In this document: positions 18,102 to 27,075 of the stretch, piece by piece
Layout of the letters: every line of letters starts with the position of its first letter
Position numbering within the stretch: the stretch's first letter is position 1
Source of the DNA: Polyangiaceae bacterium
Lineage (GTDB): Bacteria; Myxococcota_A; Polyangia; Polyangiales; Polyangiaceae
NCBI GenBank assembly: GCA_035063585.1
Contig: JAPSGB010000001.1
Coordinates: 32,001 to 96,000, forward strand
Direction: 5' to 3'
DNA length: 64,000 nt
Made by a program: the position numbers and the translations under genes
The notes under the pieces: generated by a model
Databases searched by the model: none
What the model was told of the DNA's origin: nothing
What the model saw: only the letters and a program-made list of their open reading frames with translations

Positions 18102-19214
18102 ATGATCATCGTGATGAAGCCGGACCTCATCGAAGGCTCGGCCGAGCTCGCGCGCGTGGTCGCTCTCGCCGAGAGCTTCCCTGGGCTCCGCGCGCGTGTG
18201 CACGTCATCCGCGGCGAGGCGCACGCGATCACCGAGGTGCACCTGCACGGCTCGACCGCGTCGGTGCCCGAGGCACCCTTCGAGGAGCTCGATGGCGTCG
18301 AGAAGGTGGTGCGCGTCACCGAGAAATTTCGCGCCATCGGTCGCCACGGCGGAAAGCTCGACGCGGTCGGCTTCGAGTATAACGGCGTTCGTCTCTCGCA
18401 AGACACCCTGCACGTCTTCCCCGGGCTCTGCGCCGTCGACACCCGCGAGCACGTCGAGCGCATGTTCGCCGCGCTCCGCGAACACGGCGTCGTGACCACG
18501 CGCGCCGGCGCCTACAAGCCGCGCACGAGCCCCTATGATTTCCAAGGGCTCGGCGCCGCGTGCCTCCCCTGGGTGTTCGAGCTGGCCGGAAAATACGGGA
18601 TCCGGCTGGTCGCGATGGAGGTCACCCACGAGTCGCACATCGACGAGATCCAGACCGCCCTCCGCGAGTCGGGCGACGCGACCGGCGTGATGCTCCAGAT
18701 CGGCACCCGCAACGCGCAGAACTTCGAGCTCCTGAAGGCGGTCGGCTCGCAGCGTGAGCTGCCGGTGCTCTTCAAGCGCGGCATGGGCATCACCCTCGAG
18801 GAGTCGTTGAACGCGTGCGAGTACGTGGCCTCGCGCGGCAATCACCGCATCGTATTTGGGCTCCGCGGCATGAAGACGAACCTCGGCGATCCGCACCGCA
18901 ACCTGGTCGACTTCGCCCACGTGCCAGTCGTAAAGCGGCTCACCCGCCTCCCGGTCGGCGTCGATCCGTCACACTCGGTGGGCCGCCGCGCGGTCGCGCC
19001 GGACGGCCTGCTCGACAGCTTCCACGTCACCGCTCAAGCGGTCGTCGCCGGCGCGAACCTGGTGCTGGTCGATTTCCACCCGAACCCCAAAGAGGCGCTC
19101 TGCGACGGACCGCAAGCGCTCTTGCTCGACGAGCTCCCCCATTTCCTCGCGGACGTCGCCATCGCCCGCCGGGCCTACGAAGAGCGCCGCCGGCTCCGCG
19201 ACGCGCAGGCGTGA
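18102..19214 (+). CDS. aroF: 3-deoxy-7-phosphoheptulonate (DAHP) synthase, type I-beta with N-terminal regulatory domain
   Basis: AYKPRTSPYDFQGLG, QIGTRNAQNFELL, LFKRG, VDPSHSVG and ALCDGPQ. Confidence 0.92.
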   Translation: MIIVMKPDLIEGSAELARVVALAESFPGLRARVHVIRGEAHAITEVHLHGSTASVPEAPFEELDGVEKVVRVTEKFRAIGRHGGKLDAVGFEYNGVRLSQDTLHVFPGLCAVDTREHVERMFAALREHGVVTTRAGAYKPRTSPYDFQGLGAACLPWVFELAGKYGIRLVAMEVTHESHIDEIQTALRESGDATGVMLQIGTRNAQNFELLKAVGSQRELPVLFKRGMGITLEESLNACEYVASRGNHRIVFGLRGMKTNLGDPHRNLVDFAHVPVVKRLTRLPVGVDPSHSVGRRAVAPDGLLDSFHVTAQAVVAGANLVLVDFHPNPKEALCDGPQALLLDELPHFLADVAIARRAYEERRRLRDAQA

Positions 19215-19246
19215 CGCGACCTCGAGGGGGGCCCGCCTTTCGGGGG

Positions 19247-19275
19247 GGTGCCGTTCCGGCGCGGAACCCCGCGGG
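19247..19275 (+). repeat. Dispersed motif copy 2 (GGTGCCGTTCCGGCGCGGAACCCCGCGGG), intergenic upstream of moaA
   Basis: One mismatch to core; 20-bp identity with copy 1. Confidence 0.8.
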
Positions 19276-19339
19276 GCCGGGTCGCGCGAGGTCGGGTTTC
19301 GGTGGCTCGCGCGCGCGGCCGCGCTATCTTCCGGACGAC

Positions 19340-20350
19340 GTGACCGACGGACCGCTCGATCGGCGCGGACGCACGCTCCGCGATCTGCGCATCAGCGTGA
19401 CGGATCGCTGCAATTTCCGCTGCCGCTACTGCATGCCGCGGGAGCACTTCGGGCCGGGCTTCGAGTTCCTGTCACGCCGCGCCATCCTCCGCTTCGAGGA
19501 GATCGCGCGGGTGGCGCGCGTCGCCGCCGGCGAGGGCGTGAAGAAGCTCCGGCTCACCGGCGGTGAGCCGCTGCTCCGGGCCGAGCTGCCGCGGCTCGTC
19601 GAGCTGCTCGCCGCGATCGAAGGCGTCGAGGTCGCGGTCACCACCAACGGCTCGCTCCTCGCGCGCCACGCGGAGGCGCTTCGGGCGGCGGGGCTCGCCC
19701 GCGTCACGGTGAGCCTCGACAGCCTGGACGACACCACCTTCCGCAAGCTGAGCGACTCGAGCTTCGGCGTGAGCGACGTGCTCGACGGCATCGCGGCGGC
19801 CGAGCGCGCGGGCTTCGCTCCCATCAAGATCAACGCGGTGGTGCGCCGTGGGCTGAACGACGCGGGGGTCGTCGAGCTCGCGCGGCGCTTCAAGGGCACC
19901 GGGCACATCGTGCGCTTCATCGAGTTCATGGACACCGGGATGACCAACGGCTGGGAGCTCGGCGAGGTGGTGCCGAGCCGCGAGCTCATCGAGCGCATCG
20001 ACCGGGTGTTCCCCATCGAGCCGGTGAGCGAGGCCTATCGCGGCGAGGTTGCGAAGCGCTGGCGCTACCGCGACGGGAGCGGCGAGCTCGGCATCATCGC
20101 CAGCGTGACGCAGCCCTTCTGCGGTGACTGCACGCGCGCGCGCCTGAGCGCGGATGGCAAGCTCTACACCTGCCTGTTCGCGAAGACCGGCACCGATCTC
20201 CGCGACGTGCTCCGCGGGGGCGTGAGCGACGACTCGCTCCGCGGTCTCCTCCGCGAGGTGTGGCTCGCTCGCGACGACCACTACTCGGAGCTCCGCTCGA
20301 GCCAGACGCGCGGGCTCGCTCGCATCGAGATGAGCTACATCGGCGGCTGA
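19340..20350 (+). CDS. moaA: GTP 3',8-cyclase MoaA
   Basis: LRISVTDRCNFRCRYCMP, LTGGEPLLR, PFCGDCTRARL..DG.LYTCLF and terminal MSYIGG; GTG start at 19340. Confidence 0.96.
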   Translation: MTDGPLDRRGRTLRDLRISVTDRCNFRCRYCMPREHFGPGFEFLSRRAILRFEEIARVARVAAGEGVKKLRLTGGEPLLRAELPRLVELLAAIEGVEVAVTTNGSLLARHAEALRAAGLARVTVSLDSLDDTTFRKLSDSSFGVSDVLDGIAAAERAGFAPIKINAVVRRGLNDAGVVELARRFKGTGHIVRFIEFMDTGMTNGWELGEVVPSRELIERIDRVFPIEPVSEAYRGEVAKRWRYRDGSGELGIIASVTQPFCGDCTRARLSADGKLYTCLFAKTGTDLRDVLRGGVSDDSLRGLLREVWLARDDHYSELRSSQTRGLARIEMSYIGG

Positions 20351-20367
20351 GCGCCGCGCGGAAGGCC

Positions 20368-20940
20368 TCAGCGCGAGCGAAGCCAGCGGTCGGTGCCAGC
20401 GACCTCGTCGATGCGGTGACCGAACGCCTCCAGCACCGGGGGCGCGCAGGTCTCGCCGGGTTCGAAGCGATGCGTGCGCAGCTTGCCCGCCACCCGCAAG
20501 GTGAGGGTCGCGAGCGGCAGATCCACGTACTTGGGCTTCCCGCAGTCTTCATCCCAGGTGAGCTCGAGGAGCTTCGCGCGCGTGAGCTCGTCGAGCAACG
20601 CCGCGGCCGCCGCCGGTGCGATGCGCGCGCGGGTCGCGCCGAGCGGTGAGTAGGCCCGACCGTCGAAGAGCACCGAGCCATCGCGATGGATCGTCACCGC
20701 GTAGACGGGGCAGGAGCCCAGGCATGCGCCGCGCTCGAGGCGCACCTGATCGCCGGACTCCGAGGGCACCGGCGCGGGTTCGCCCTCCTGCGACGGAGGC
20801 GACACGCCCACCCGCGCCGCGGACGGCGCGGGCGCGATGCTCACCGCGGGCGGCGCGCCGCGCGAGGGCGCCGCGGGCCCGCGACTGCACGCGCCCGCGA
20901 GCGCGAGGACGACCACCGAGCTTCCGCGCCGGACCGACAT
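20368..20940 (-). CDS. DUF6438-like lipoprotein
   Basis: Lipobox LAGAC; LERGACLGSCPVYAVTIHRDGSVLFDG signature. Confidence 0.8.
   Translation of the reverse strand: MSVRRGSSVVVLALAGACSRGPAAPSRGAPPAVSIAPAPSAARVGVSPPSQEGEPAPVPSESGDQVRLERGACLGSCPVYAVTIHRDGSVLFDGRAYSPLGATRARIAPAAAAALLDELTRAKLLELTWDEDCGKPKYVDLPLATLTLRVAGKLRTHRFEPGETCAPPVLEAFGHRIDEVAGTDRWLRSR
20922..20940 (-). repeat. Dispersed motif copy 3 (ATGTCGGTCCGGCGCGGAA), overlapping the start codon
   Basis: Exact 14-mer core at 20922-20935; encodes M-S-V-R-R-G. Confidence 0.85.
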
Positions 20941-20986
20941 CCCCCGAAGCTTGACCCGGAGGCGGCGAGCGCGCTCGCGCGCCGGG

Positions 20987-22651
20987 CTAAGGATGCGACT
21001 CCGGGCGCGGGCGCTCGTACAGCCAGACGACCGGGACACCGTCATACGCGCCCACGGCGAGCGGCCGCACGGTGCCGTAGTCGACCCAGATTTGATAGTC
21101 GACGCGGCCCATGTGGGGCTCATGGTGATAGAGCGCAAAATCGGAGGCTGCGATGTCCAGCGTCCCTCGCAGATCACGGCGGAGCTGCCCGTCGCGCTGC
21201 ATCACGAAGAAGCTCTGGAGCGCGGTGTCGTGGACGTACACGACGGCGCCCGGCGGCGCGTCGCGATTGAGCGTGCTCGCCAGGCTGCCGGTCGTGTAGC
21301 CCCAGAAGGTGCGGTTCAGACCGAGTGACGCGGCGCCCGGAGCGCCGCCGACGAGCGGCGTGTACGCGGAGAGCCCCCACGGGTGCGAATGGAGCGTGAT
21401 GACCACGGGCGAGGCGAGCACGCTGGCGGCGAGCGCCGGGGTCACCAGCGCTCGGCGGCGGCCGGCGAGCTCGCCGAGTCTCTCGCGCGCGAGCTCGAAG
21501 CCGCGCGCGGCAAAGAGGCAGAGAAACGGGTAGGCCGTGAGCCAGTGCTTGGTGCCGCCGAAGATGGGCGTCCCGGTGCTCAGCCACGGGGCGTAGGCGC
21601 CGAGCAGCCCGACCAGCCAGAGCGCGTCGGTCGGCAAGCGCGCGGCGTCGTCGCGCGCCGGCTCGAGACGCTCGCGGAGCGCGCGGCGCGCATGAAATAG
21701 GCTCGCGACCAAGCCCACCGCGAAGAGCAGGAGCGTGATGCCCGGCACCGTGCCGAGCGTCATGAGCCACGCGTAGCCTCGCGGCATGGGCGGCTTCCAG
21801 TACGTCCGCCCGAGAAACTCCATGTTGTAATATTCGTGGCCGAGGTGAAACGCGACGTACTCGGCGAGGCGCTTGCCGGTGTCGTGCCAGATCCAGGGCC
21901 AGCCCGCGTAGAAGACGAGCGGGCCGATGGTAGCCATCGCGACGAGCGCCTTCGGGACCGCGACGCGCCCCGCGCGGAGCTCACGCAGGAAGAGCCGCCC
22001 GCGCGTGGCGACCAGGTGCAGGACGAGCGCGATGGGGAGCAGCCACGAGTTGTGCTTGGTGTCGAGGAGGAGCCCGTACGCGACGCCGGTCGCGATGGCC
22101 CAGCGCCAACCACCGCTCGCGAGCGAGCGCCAATAGAGGTACGTGGTGACCAGCCACAGCGCCGCGACCGGCATGTCGAAGCACTCGAGGTGCGCGTTAT
22201 AGAAGGTGCGCGGCATGAAGGCGAGCAAGAGCGCCGCAACCAGCCCGGCGACGCGCCCGACGGCGCGGCGACCCCAGAGATAGGTGAAGCTGAGCGCGAG
22301 CGAGCTCACCGCCATGCCTGCGAACCGCATGCTCGTCCCCTCCGCTCGAAACCAGTGGAGCTTCTCGTAGAGGAAGCGGTGCGAGAGCGCGAAGAGCGAC
22401 TTCATCAGCGCCGGGTGCTCGTGGTTCACAGACCAGTAGCGATCGATGGTCGCGCGCCGAAGCGCCTCGGAGGGGTTCTCCGCGAGCACGCGGAACCACG
22501 CCTCGTAGCTCCGCGCGGCGTCGAAATAGAACCCCTCGTCGCGCGCGTAGCCGAGGTGCCGGGAGGTCGCGAGCAGGAGCGCGACGTAGCCCGCCCAGAG
22601 GGCGAGCGCGAGCAGCGGATCGGCGTACCTCTCCCAGCGGGTCGGCTTCAT
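20987..22651 (-). CDS. GT-C fold ArnT/PMT-like polyprenyl-phosphate-sugar glycosyltransferase
   Basis: First loop RDEGFY, NHEHPALMK; multiple TMs; ECFDMP, TKHN; soluble C-terminal domain. Confidence 0.82.
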   Translation of the reverse strand: MKPTRWERYADPLLALALWAGYVALLLATSRHLGYARDEGFYFDAARSYEAWFRVLAENPSEALRRATIDRYWSVNHEHPALMKSLFALSHRFLYEKLHWFRAEGTSMRFAGMAVSSLALSFTYLWGRRAVGRVAGLVAALLLAFMPRTFYNAHLECFDMPVAALWLVTTYLYWRSLASGGWRWAIATGVAYGLLLDTKHNSWLLPIALVLHLVATRGRLFLRELRAGRVAVPKALVAMATIGPLVFYAGWPWIWHDTGKRLAEYVAFHLGHEYYNMEFLGRTYWKPPMPRGYAWLMTLGTVPGITLLLFAVGLVASLFHARRALRERLEPARDDAARLPTDALWLVGLLGAYAPWLSTGTPIFGGTKHWLTAYPFLCLFAARGFELARERLGELAGRRRALVTPALAASVLASPVVITLHSHPWGLSAYTPLVGGAPGAASLGLNRTFWGYTTGSLASTLNRDAPPGAVVYVHDTALQSFFVMQRDGQLRRDLRGTLDIAASDFALYHHEPHMGRVDYQIWVDYGTVRPLAVGAYDGVPVVWLYERPRPESHP

Positions 22652-23556
22652 CGGCTATCCGCGTAAAAGCAGAGCTGACGCTCGCCGCTCCCGGTCGCGC
22701 GGAGCTCGAACTCGACGTCTTCACGCTCTCCCGCGTGCGCGCCGGCGGAGAACTCGAAGCGCTTCCAGCCGTCGGCGGGCTGGTGGACGGCGCGGCCGAG
22801 CGCGTCGCCGCCGACGCGCACGACCAGCTCGACGGGCGCCGAGCGCCCATCACGGTAGAGAAACCAGGAATTTCCCGTGTAGCCGTAGATTTTTTCGCCG
22901 AGCGGCACGTCGCGATAGCGGAGCCGGAGCGGCTCACCAGCCGAGGGCGTGGCCCACATGCAGCGACGCGGCCGGTACTCCTCGTCGTCAATCACGGTGA
23001 CGCCGGCGTAGACGCCCGGGAACCCGGGGCACTCGTGACGGACCGAGGGGACCGTGGCCGGGCCGAAGAGGCCGCCGGTCCGCGGGCGCCCGCTTTCGGT
23101 GTACGCGCACTCGCGCTCCCCGAGCGCGACCGTGAGCTGGTCCGGAGCGACGTGGTCCAAGAACCGGTAGCGCACCCGCGCCGGGGCCGGATTCTCGAGC
23201 ACGCGCAGCGCAAAGCGACCCGCCCGCGTCTCGGAGACCGTCCGCCAGCCATCGAGCGCGGGCGCGTGGCTCCCGAGGATGCCGACCTCGACGGCGCGCG
23301 CGAACGCGCTCTCGTCGGGGCGCGCGACCGCGGCGAGCGGCATCATCGCGTCGCCGAAGGAGCGTCGCGCGAGCGGGTCGGCCCAGTCGGGGGCAGCGAC
23401 GATGAGGTCGCCGGGCTTCGCGACCGCGGCGAGCGCGCCGCGCAGCTTCGACCAATCGTCCCCGGTCGGGGCGCGCATCGAAAAGAAGAAGTGGGACGTG
23501 AGCTCGAGCAGGCCGGCGAGCGGGACGAGGGCGAAGAGCAGGCGGGCCGAGGCCAT
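22648..23556 (-). CDS. Hypothetical membrane-anchored protein
   Basis: ATG 23556 MASARLLFALVPLAGLLEL; ATGA overlap with the GT-C gene. Confidence 0.7.
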   Translation of the reverse strand: MASARLLFALVPLAGLLELTSHFFFSMRAPTGDDWSKLRGALAAVAKPGDLIVAAPDWADPLARRSFGDAMMPLAAVARPDESAFARAVEVGILGSHAPALDGWRTVSETRAGRFALRVLENPAPARVRYRFLDHVAPDQLTVALGERECAYTESGRPRTGGLFGPATVPSVRHECPGFPGVYAGVTVIDDEEYRPRRCMWATPSAGEPLRLRYRDVPLGEKIYGYTGNSWFLYRDGRSAPVELVVRVGGDALGRAVHQPADGWKRFEFSAGAHAGEREDVEFELRATGSGERQLCFYADSR

Positions 23557-23604
23557 GGCCGGCGGAGCCTGCCACAACCCCGCGTGAGGTATAAGGCGCG
23601 ATAG

Positions 23605-25212
23605 ATGAGAGGCCGCGCGCGCGCCGTAATCGTCCGGGCGCTCCGCCGAGCGCGGGCGAAGCCGCTCGAGGTGCTGGTCGGCGTCCTGAGCGTGAGCATC
23701 TGCGGGTACGTCATCGCGTACCCGCTCACGCTCGTCACCTACCCGCCGCTCATCGATCTGCCGTTCCACGCAGCCCAGACCTCGATCCTTCGCCACTACC
23801 TCGATCCGAGCTGGCATTTCCGCGAGCAGTTCTCGCTGCACCCGCTCGAGGTGCCGTACATCACGACCTACGGTGTGGGCGCGCTCCTCGCGCTCGTCAT
23901 GCCCTTCACCTGGGCGATGAAGTGCGCGGTCGCAGGGACCGTGCTCGCGCTCCCCGCCGGGCTCGCGGTGCTCTTCCACGGGCTCAAGAAGAGCGCGCTC
24001 TGGGGCGCGCTCCTCGGCCTGGGGCTCGCGTGGAACCAGCTCGTGTGGTGGGGATTTCTGAACTACCTCGGCGCGCTCGGGCTCTACGCGGCGAGCGTGG
24101 GCCTGGCGCTCCGCCTGGTGGATGCGCCCTCGCGTCGTCGCGCGCGGTGGCTCGGCGCGATGCTGGTCGCGGTATTTTTCACGCACGTCTATCGCTTGCC
24201 GTTCGCCATCCTCGCCGTGCTCGCCGCGGGCGCGGTGATGTACCCGGCGACCCGGCGGATGAGGCCGCTCTTCTTGCCGATGGTGCCGTCGCTGGCGCTC
24301 TTCGGCGCCTGGCTCTTGGTTCGACCGAGCACGCTCTCGGGTAAGCTCGAGCTCGGGCTCCACCCCGAGCGCCTGCGCGACGCGGGGCGGATGCTGTTCG
24401 GGGTCTTCCTCCCCCAGACCGCGACCGGCCGGGAAGAGCTCCGCATCACGCTCTTCATGGGCCTCGCGCTCGCGGCGTGGTGGCTGGTGGGCGCGCTCAT
24501 CGCGGCGCGCGCGGCGCCGCGCGGAGCCGCCGACGACGAGCGCGCCTGGCGGCGCGGCGCGCTCGCGCTGCCGCTGCTACTCGCCACCGGACACCTGGTC
24601 GCGTTCCTCGTGCTCCCGATGAGCATCGGCACCTGGTGGTACGTGTTCCCGCGCGAGCTCGTGGCCGCGCTCTACCTATTGCTCGCGGCGGCGCCGGACT
24701 GGCCGAGGGGGGTTTGGGGTCGGCTCGGCGCGGTATCCCTGGTGGCGGTCGCCACCGGGAGGATGGCGCTCTTCACGGCAGAGCAGTTTCTCCGCTTCGA
24801 GGATCTCACTCGCGATTTTCGCGAGGTGGTCGCGCTGGTGCCGCGCGCGCCGAGGCTCTTCTACTTGGTGTTCGAGCACCGCGGCACGGACCGCGCGCGC
24901 TCACCCTTCACCCACCTGCCCGCCTGGGTGCAGGCCGAGCGCGGCGGCTGGCTCGATTTCCACTTCGGGAGTTGGGACCTCTACCCGGTCCAGTATCGGA
25001 AGGACGGGGTGGTGCCGCCGCCCTTGCCGATGTCGTGGGAGTTCACGCCGCAGTACTTCGACGTCCGAAAGCAGGGCGCGTGGTTCGACACGTTCCTGGT
25101 GCGGCACAGCATCGATCCGGCCCCGCTGTTCCGCGCCGATCCGACCATCCACCTCGTCGCTCGGCGAGGCACCTGGTGGCTCTACCGGCGCGACCCGCCC
25201 GCGTCGCGATGA
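23605..25212 (+). CDS. Multi-TM membrane protein, GT-C-like
   Basis: YPPLIDLPFH in first loop, about 11 hydrophobic segments, soluble C-terminal domain. Confidence 0.7.
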   Translation: MRGRARAVIVRALRRARAKPLEVLVGVLSVSICGYVIAYPLTLVTYPPLIDLPFHAAQTSILRHYLDPSWHFREQFSLHPLEVPYITTYGVGALLALVMPFTWAMKCAVAGTVLALPAGLAVLFHGLKKSALWGALLGLGLAWNQLVWWGFLNYLGALGLYAASVGLALRLVDAPSRRRARWLGAMLVAVFFTHVYRLPFAILAVLAAGAVMYPATRRMRPLFLPMVPSLALFGAWLLVRPSTLSGKLELGLHPERLRDAGRMLFGVFLPQTATGREELRITLFMGLALAAWWLVGALIAARAAPRGAADDERAWRRGALALPLLLATGHLVAFLVLPMSIGTWWYVFPRELVAALYLLLAAAPDWPRGVWGRLGAVSLVAVATGRMALFTAEQFLRFEDLTRDFREVVALVPRAPRLFYLVFEHRGTDRARSPFTHLPAWVQAERGGWLDFHFGSWDLYPVQYRKDGVVPPPLPMSWEFTPQYFDVRKQGAWFDTFLVRHSIDPAPLFRADPTIHLVARRGTWWLYRRDPPASR

Positions 25213-25239
25213 CCGGCGGTGAAGCGCGCCAGAGCCGGC

Positions 25240-25267
25240 AATCCCGGAAGCGTGAATTTCGGATTTG
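25240..25267. promoter_or_regulatory. Candidate enhancer (bEBP) site
   Basis: AATCCCGGA / AATTTCGGA repeats with AATCC...GGATT dyad, about 85-110 bp upstream of the sigma-54 start site. Confidence 0.35.
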
Positions 25268-25322
25268 AAATGAGCGGTCGAGACGGTGCGGGGTAAGCCC
25301 GCGAGATCCGCCCACGAAGCGC

Positions 25323-25338
25323 TGGCACGGCCGATGCA
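25323..25338 (+). promoter_or_regulatory. Sigma-54 (-24/-12) promoter
   Basis: TGGCACGGCCGATGCA: GG at 25324-25, 10-nt spacer, GC at 25336-37; near consensus TGGCACG-N4-TTGCA. Confidence 0.8.
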
Positions 25339-25348
25339 TTTACAGCGA

Positions 25349-25454
25349 GCGGTGGTAGCGCGCGGCGGTCCAAGGATCGCCCCACTACTGCCGGTAACTT
25401 CGCACAGCGGCTGACGACGCCTCCCCCCTCCGTCTCAGCCGCTGTGTTTTTTTT
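25349..25454 (+). ncRNA. Putative sigma-54-dependent small RNA (~106 nt, two stem-loops, C-rich loop)
   Basis: Predicted +1 coincides with the first base of stem 1 (GCGGUGGU/ACUACUGC enclosing GGCGGUC-CAAG-GAUCGCC); stem 2 is a terminator with loop CCUCCCCCCUC. Confidence 0.72.
25403..25454 (+). terminator. Intrinsic terminator
   Basis: CACAGCGGCTGA (25403-14) / TCAGCCGCTGTG (25435-46) 12-bp perfect stem plus GACG/CGTC, followed by T8 (25447-54). Confidence 0.92.
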
Positions 25455-25512
25455 GTGAGCGGGAGGCCCGGGCGCGGTCTGGAGACGGGTGGTGCTACGG
25501 TCGCGCGGCGCC

Positions 25513-26109
25513 ATGAGCTACGCCGAGAAGTACGTCGCCGACGCGGTCCGCATCCTCCACGCCCTCGACCTCGCGCCCATCGAGCGGATGGTCGGTCTGC
25601 TCGGCGAGCTGCGCGCTCGCGGCGGGCGGCTGTTCGTGCTCGGCGTGGGAGGCAGCGCGGGCAACGCCTCGCACGCGGTGAATGATTTCCGAAAGATCTG
25701 CGACATCGAGGCCTACGCGCCGACCGACAACGTGAGCGAGCTCACCGCGCGCGTGAACGACGACGGCTGGGACACCTCGTTCAGCGCCTGGCTCACGACC
25801 AGCCGGCTCTCCGAGCGAGACGCGGTGCTCGTGTTCTCGGTGGGCGGCGGGAGCCTCGAGAAGAACGTCAGCCCAAACCTGGTGCGCGCGCTCGAGCGGG
25901 CCAAGCAGGTGGGCGCGACGGTGCTCGGGGTGGTCGGGCGCGACGGCGGCTACACGGCGCGAGTCGCCGACGCCTGCGTGGTGGTCCCGACCGTGGACCC
26001 CGCGGGTGTCACGCCGCACACCGAGGCGTTCCAGGCCGTGATCTGGCACCTCGTCGTGTCCCACCCCGCGCTGCAGGCGCACGCGATGAAGTGGGAGAGC
26101 GTGAAGTGA
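25513..26109 (+). CDS. gmhA: SIS-domain phosphoheptose isomerase-like protein
   Basis: GVGGSAGNASHAVNDF, LTARVNDDGW, SPNLVRAL, GRDGG and HTEAFQ. Confidence 0.8.
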   Translation: MSYAEKYVADAVRILHALDLAPIERMVGLLGELRARGGRLFVLGVGGSAGNASHAVNDFRKICDIEAYAPTDNVSELTARVNDDGWDTSFSAWLTTSRLSERDAVLVFSVGGGSLEKNVSPNLVRALERAKQVGATVLGVVGRDGGYTARVADACVVVPTVDPAGVTPHTEAFQAVIWHLVVSHPALQAHAMKWESVK

Positions 26110-27050
26110 CGCGGTGGTTCGTCGCGGGCGGCGCGGGCTTCGTCGGCAGCCACCTGGTGGAGCGGCTCGTCGAGCGCGGAACGGTCACCGTCTACGACAA
26201 TCTCTCCATCGGGAAGCCAGCGTTCATCGCCGCGCCGCTCGCGAGCGGAAAATGCGAGCTCGTCGAGGGCGAGCTGCTCGACCTCGACGCGCTCGCGAAG
26301 GCGATGGCCGGCCACGACGTCGTGGTGCACCTCGCCGCCAACCCGGAGGCGCGCTGGGGCCTCGAGAACCCACGCCTCGATCTGGAGCAGGGCACCATCG
26401 CCACCTGGAACGTGCTCGAGGCGATGCGGCGGACGGGGACCGAGCAGCTCGTGTTCTCGTCGTCGGGCACCATGTACGGCGACACCGGCGCACCGTGCGC
26501 CGAGCTCGATCTCGGGCATTTGCCCATCTCGCTCTACGGGGCGAGCAAGTTCGCCTGCGAGGCGCTCATCAGCGCCTGGGTCGAGTGCTTCGGGCTCCAG
26601 GCGTGGATCTACCGCTTCGGCAACGTGGTCGGGCCGCGCGGGACGCACGGAGCGGCGCTCGATTTCTTCAAGAAGCTCCGTGACTCGGGCGGCGTCGAGC
26701 TCGAGGTGCTCGGCGACGGTCGACAAGCCAAGCCGTACGTGTACGTCACCGACTGCGTGGACGGTATCCTGTTCGGCTTCGATCACGCCCGCGAACGGCT
26801 CAACGTGCACAACATCGCGCCGCCCGACGCCACCAGCGTGCGGCAAATCGCCGAGCGATGCGTCGCCGAGTCGCCGTGGCCGGGCGCGAAGATCCGCTAC
26901 ACGGGCGGCGAGCGCGGGTGGCCGGGCGACGTGCCGCAGTCGCGGCTCGCTCCGGACAAGCTCGCGGCGCTCGGCTGGCGCACCTCACGTTCCAGCGACG
27001 AAGCCGTAGCGGACGCGGTGCGCGCGCTCGCGCGAGAGGTCTTCGGCTGA
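26106..27050 (+). CDS. NAD-dependent epimerase/dehydratase (extended SDR)
   Basis: GGAGFVGSHL, YGASK (YxxxK), RFGNVVGP, GDGRQ.KPY and GWPGDV; GTGA overlap. Confidence 0.92.
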   Translation: MTRWFVAGGAGFVGSHLVERLVERGTVTVYDNLSIGKPAFIAAPLASGKCELVEGELLDLDALAKAMAGHDVVVHLAANPEARWGLENPRLDLEQGTIATWNVLEAMRRTGTEQLVFSSSGTMYGDTGAPCAELDLGHLPISLYGASKFACEALISAWVECFGLQAWIYRFGNVVGPRGTHGAALDFFKKLRDSGGVELEVLGDGRQAKPYVYVTDCVDGILFGFDHARERLNVHNIAPPDATSVRQIAERCVAESPWPGAKIRYTGGERGWPGDVPQSRLAPDKLAALGWRTSRSSDEAVADAVRALAREVFG

Positions 27051-27075
27051 GCTTTGCGGGCGGCGCGCGCGTCGC

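Noticed and set aside
19215..19339. Moco riboswitch upstream of moaA (also checked before moeA)
   Set aside because: GC hairpins are possible, but I could not recognise the conserved Moco-RNA elements; the shared sequence is the window-wide motif. An Infernal scan would be decisive.
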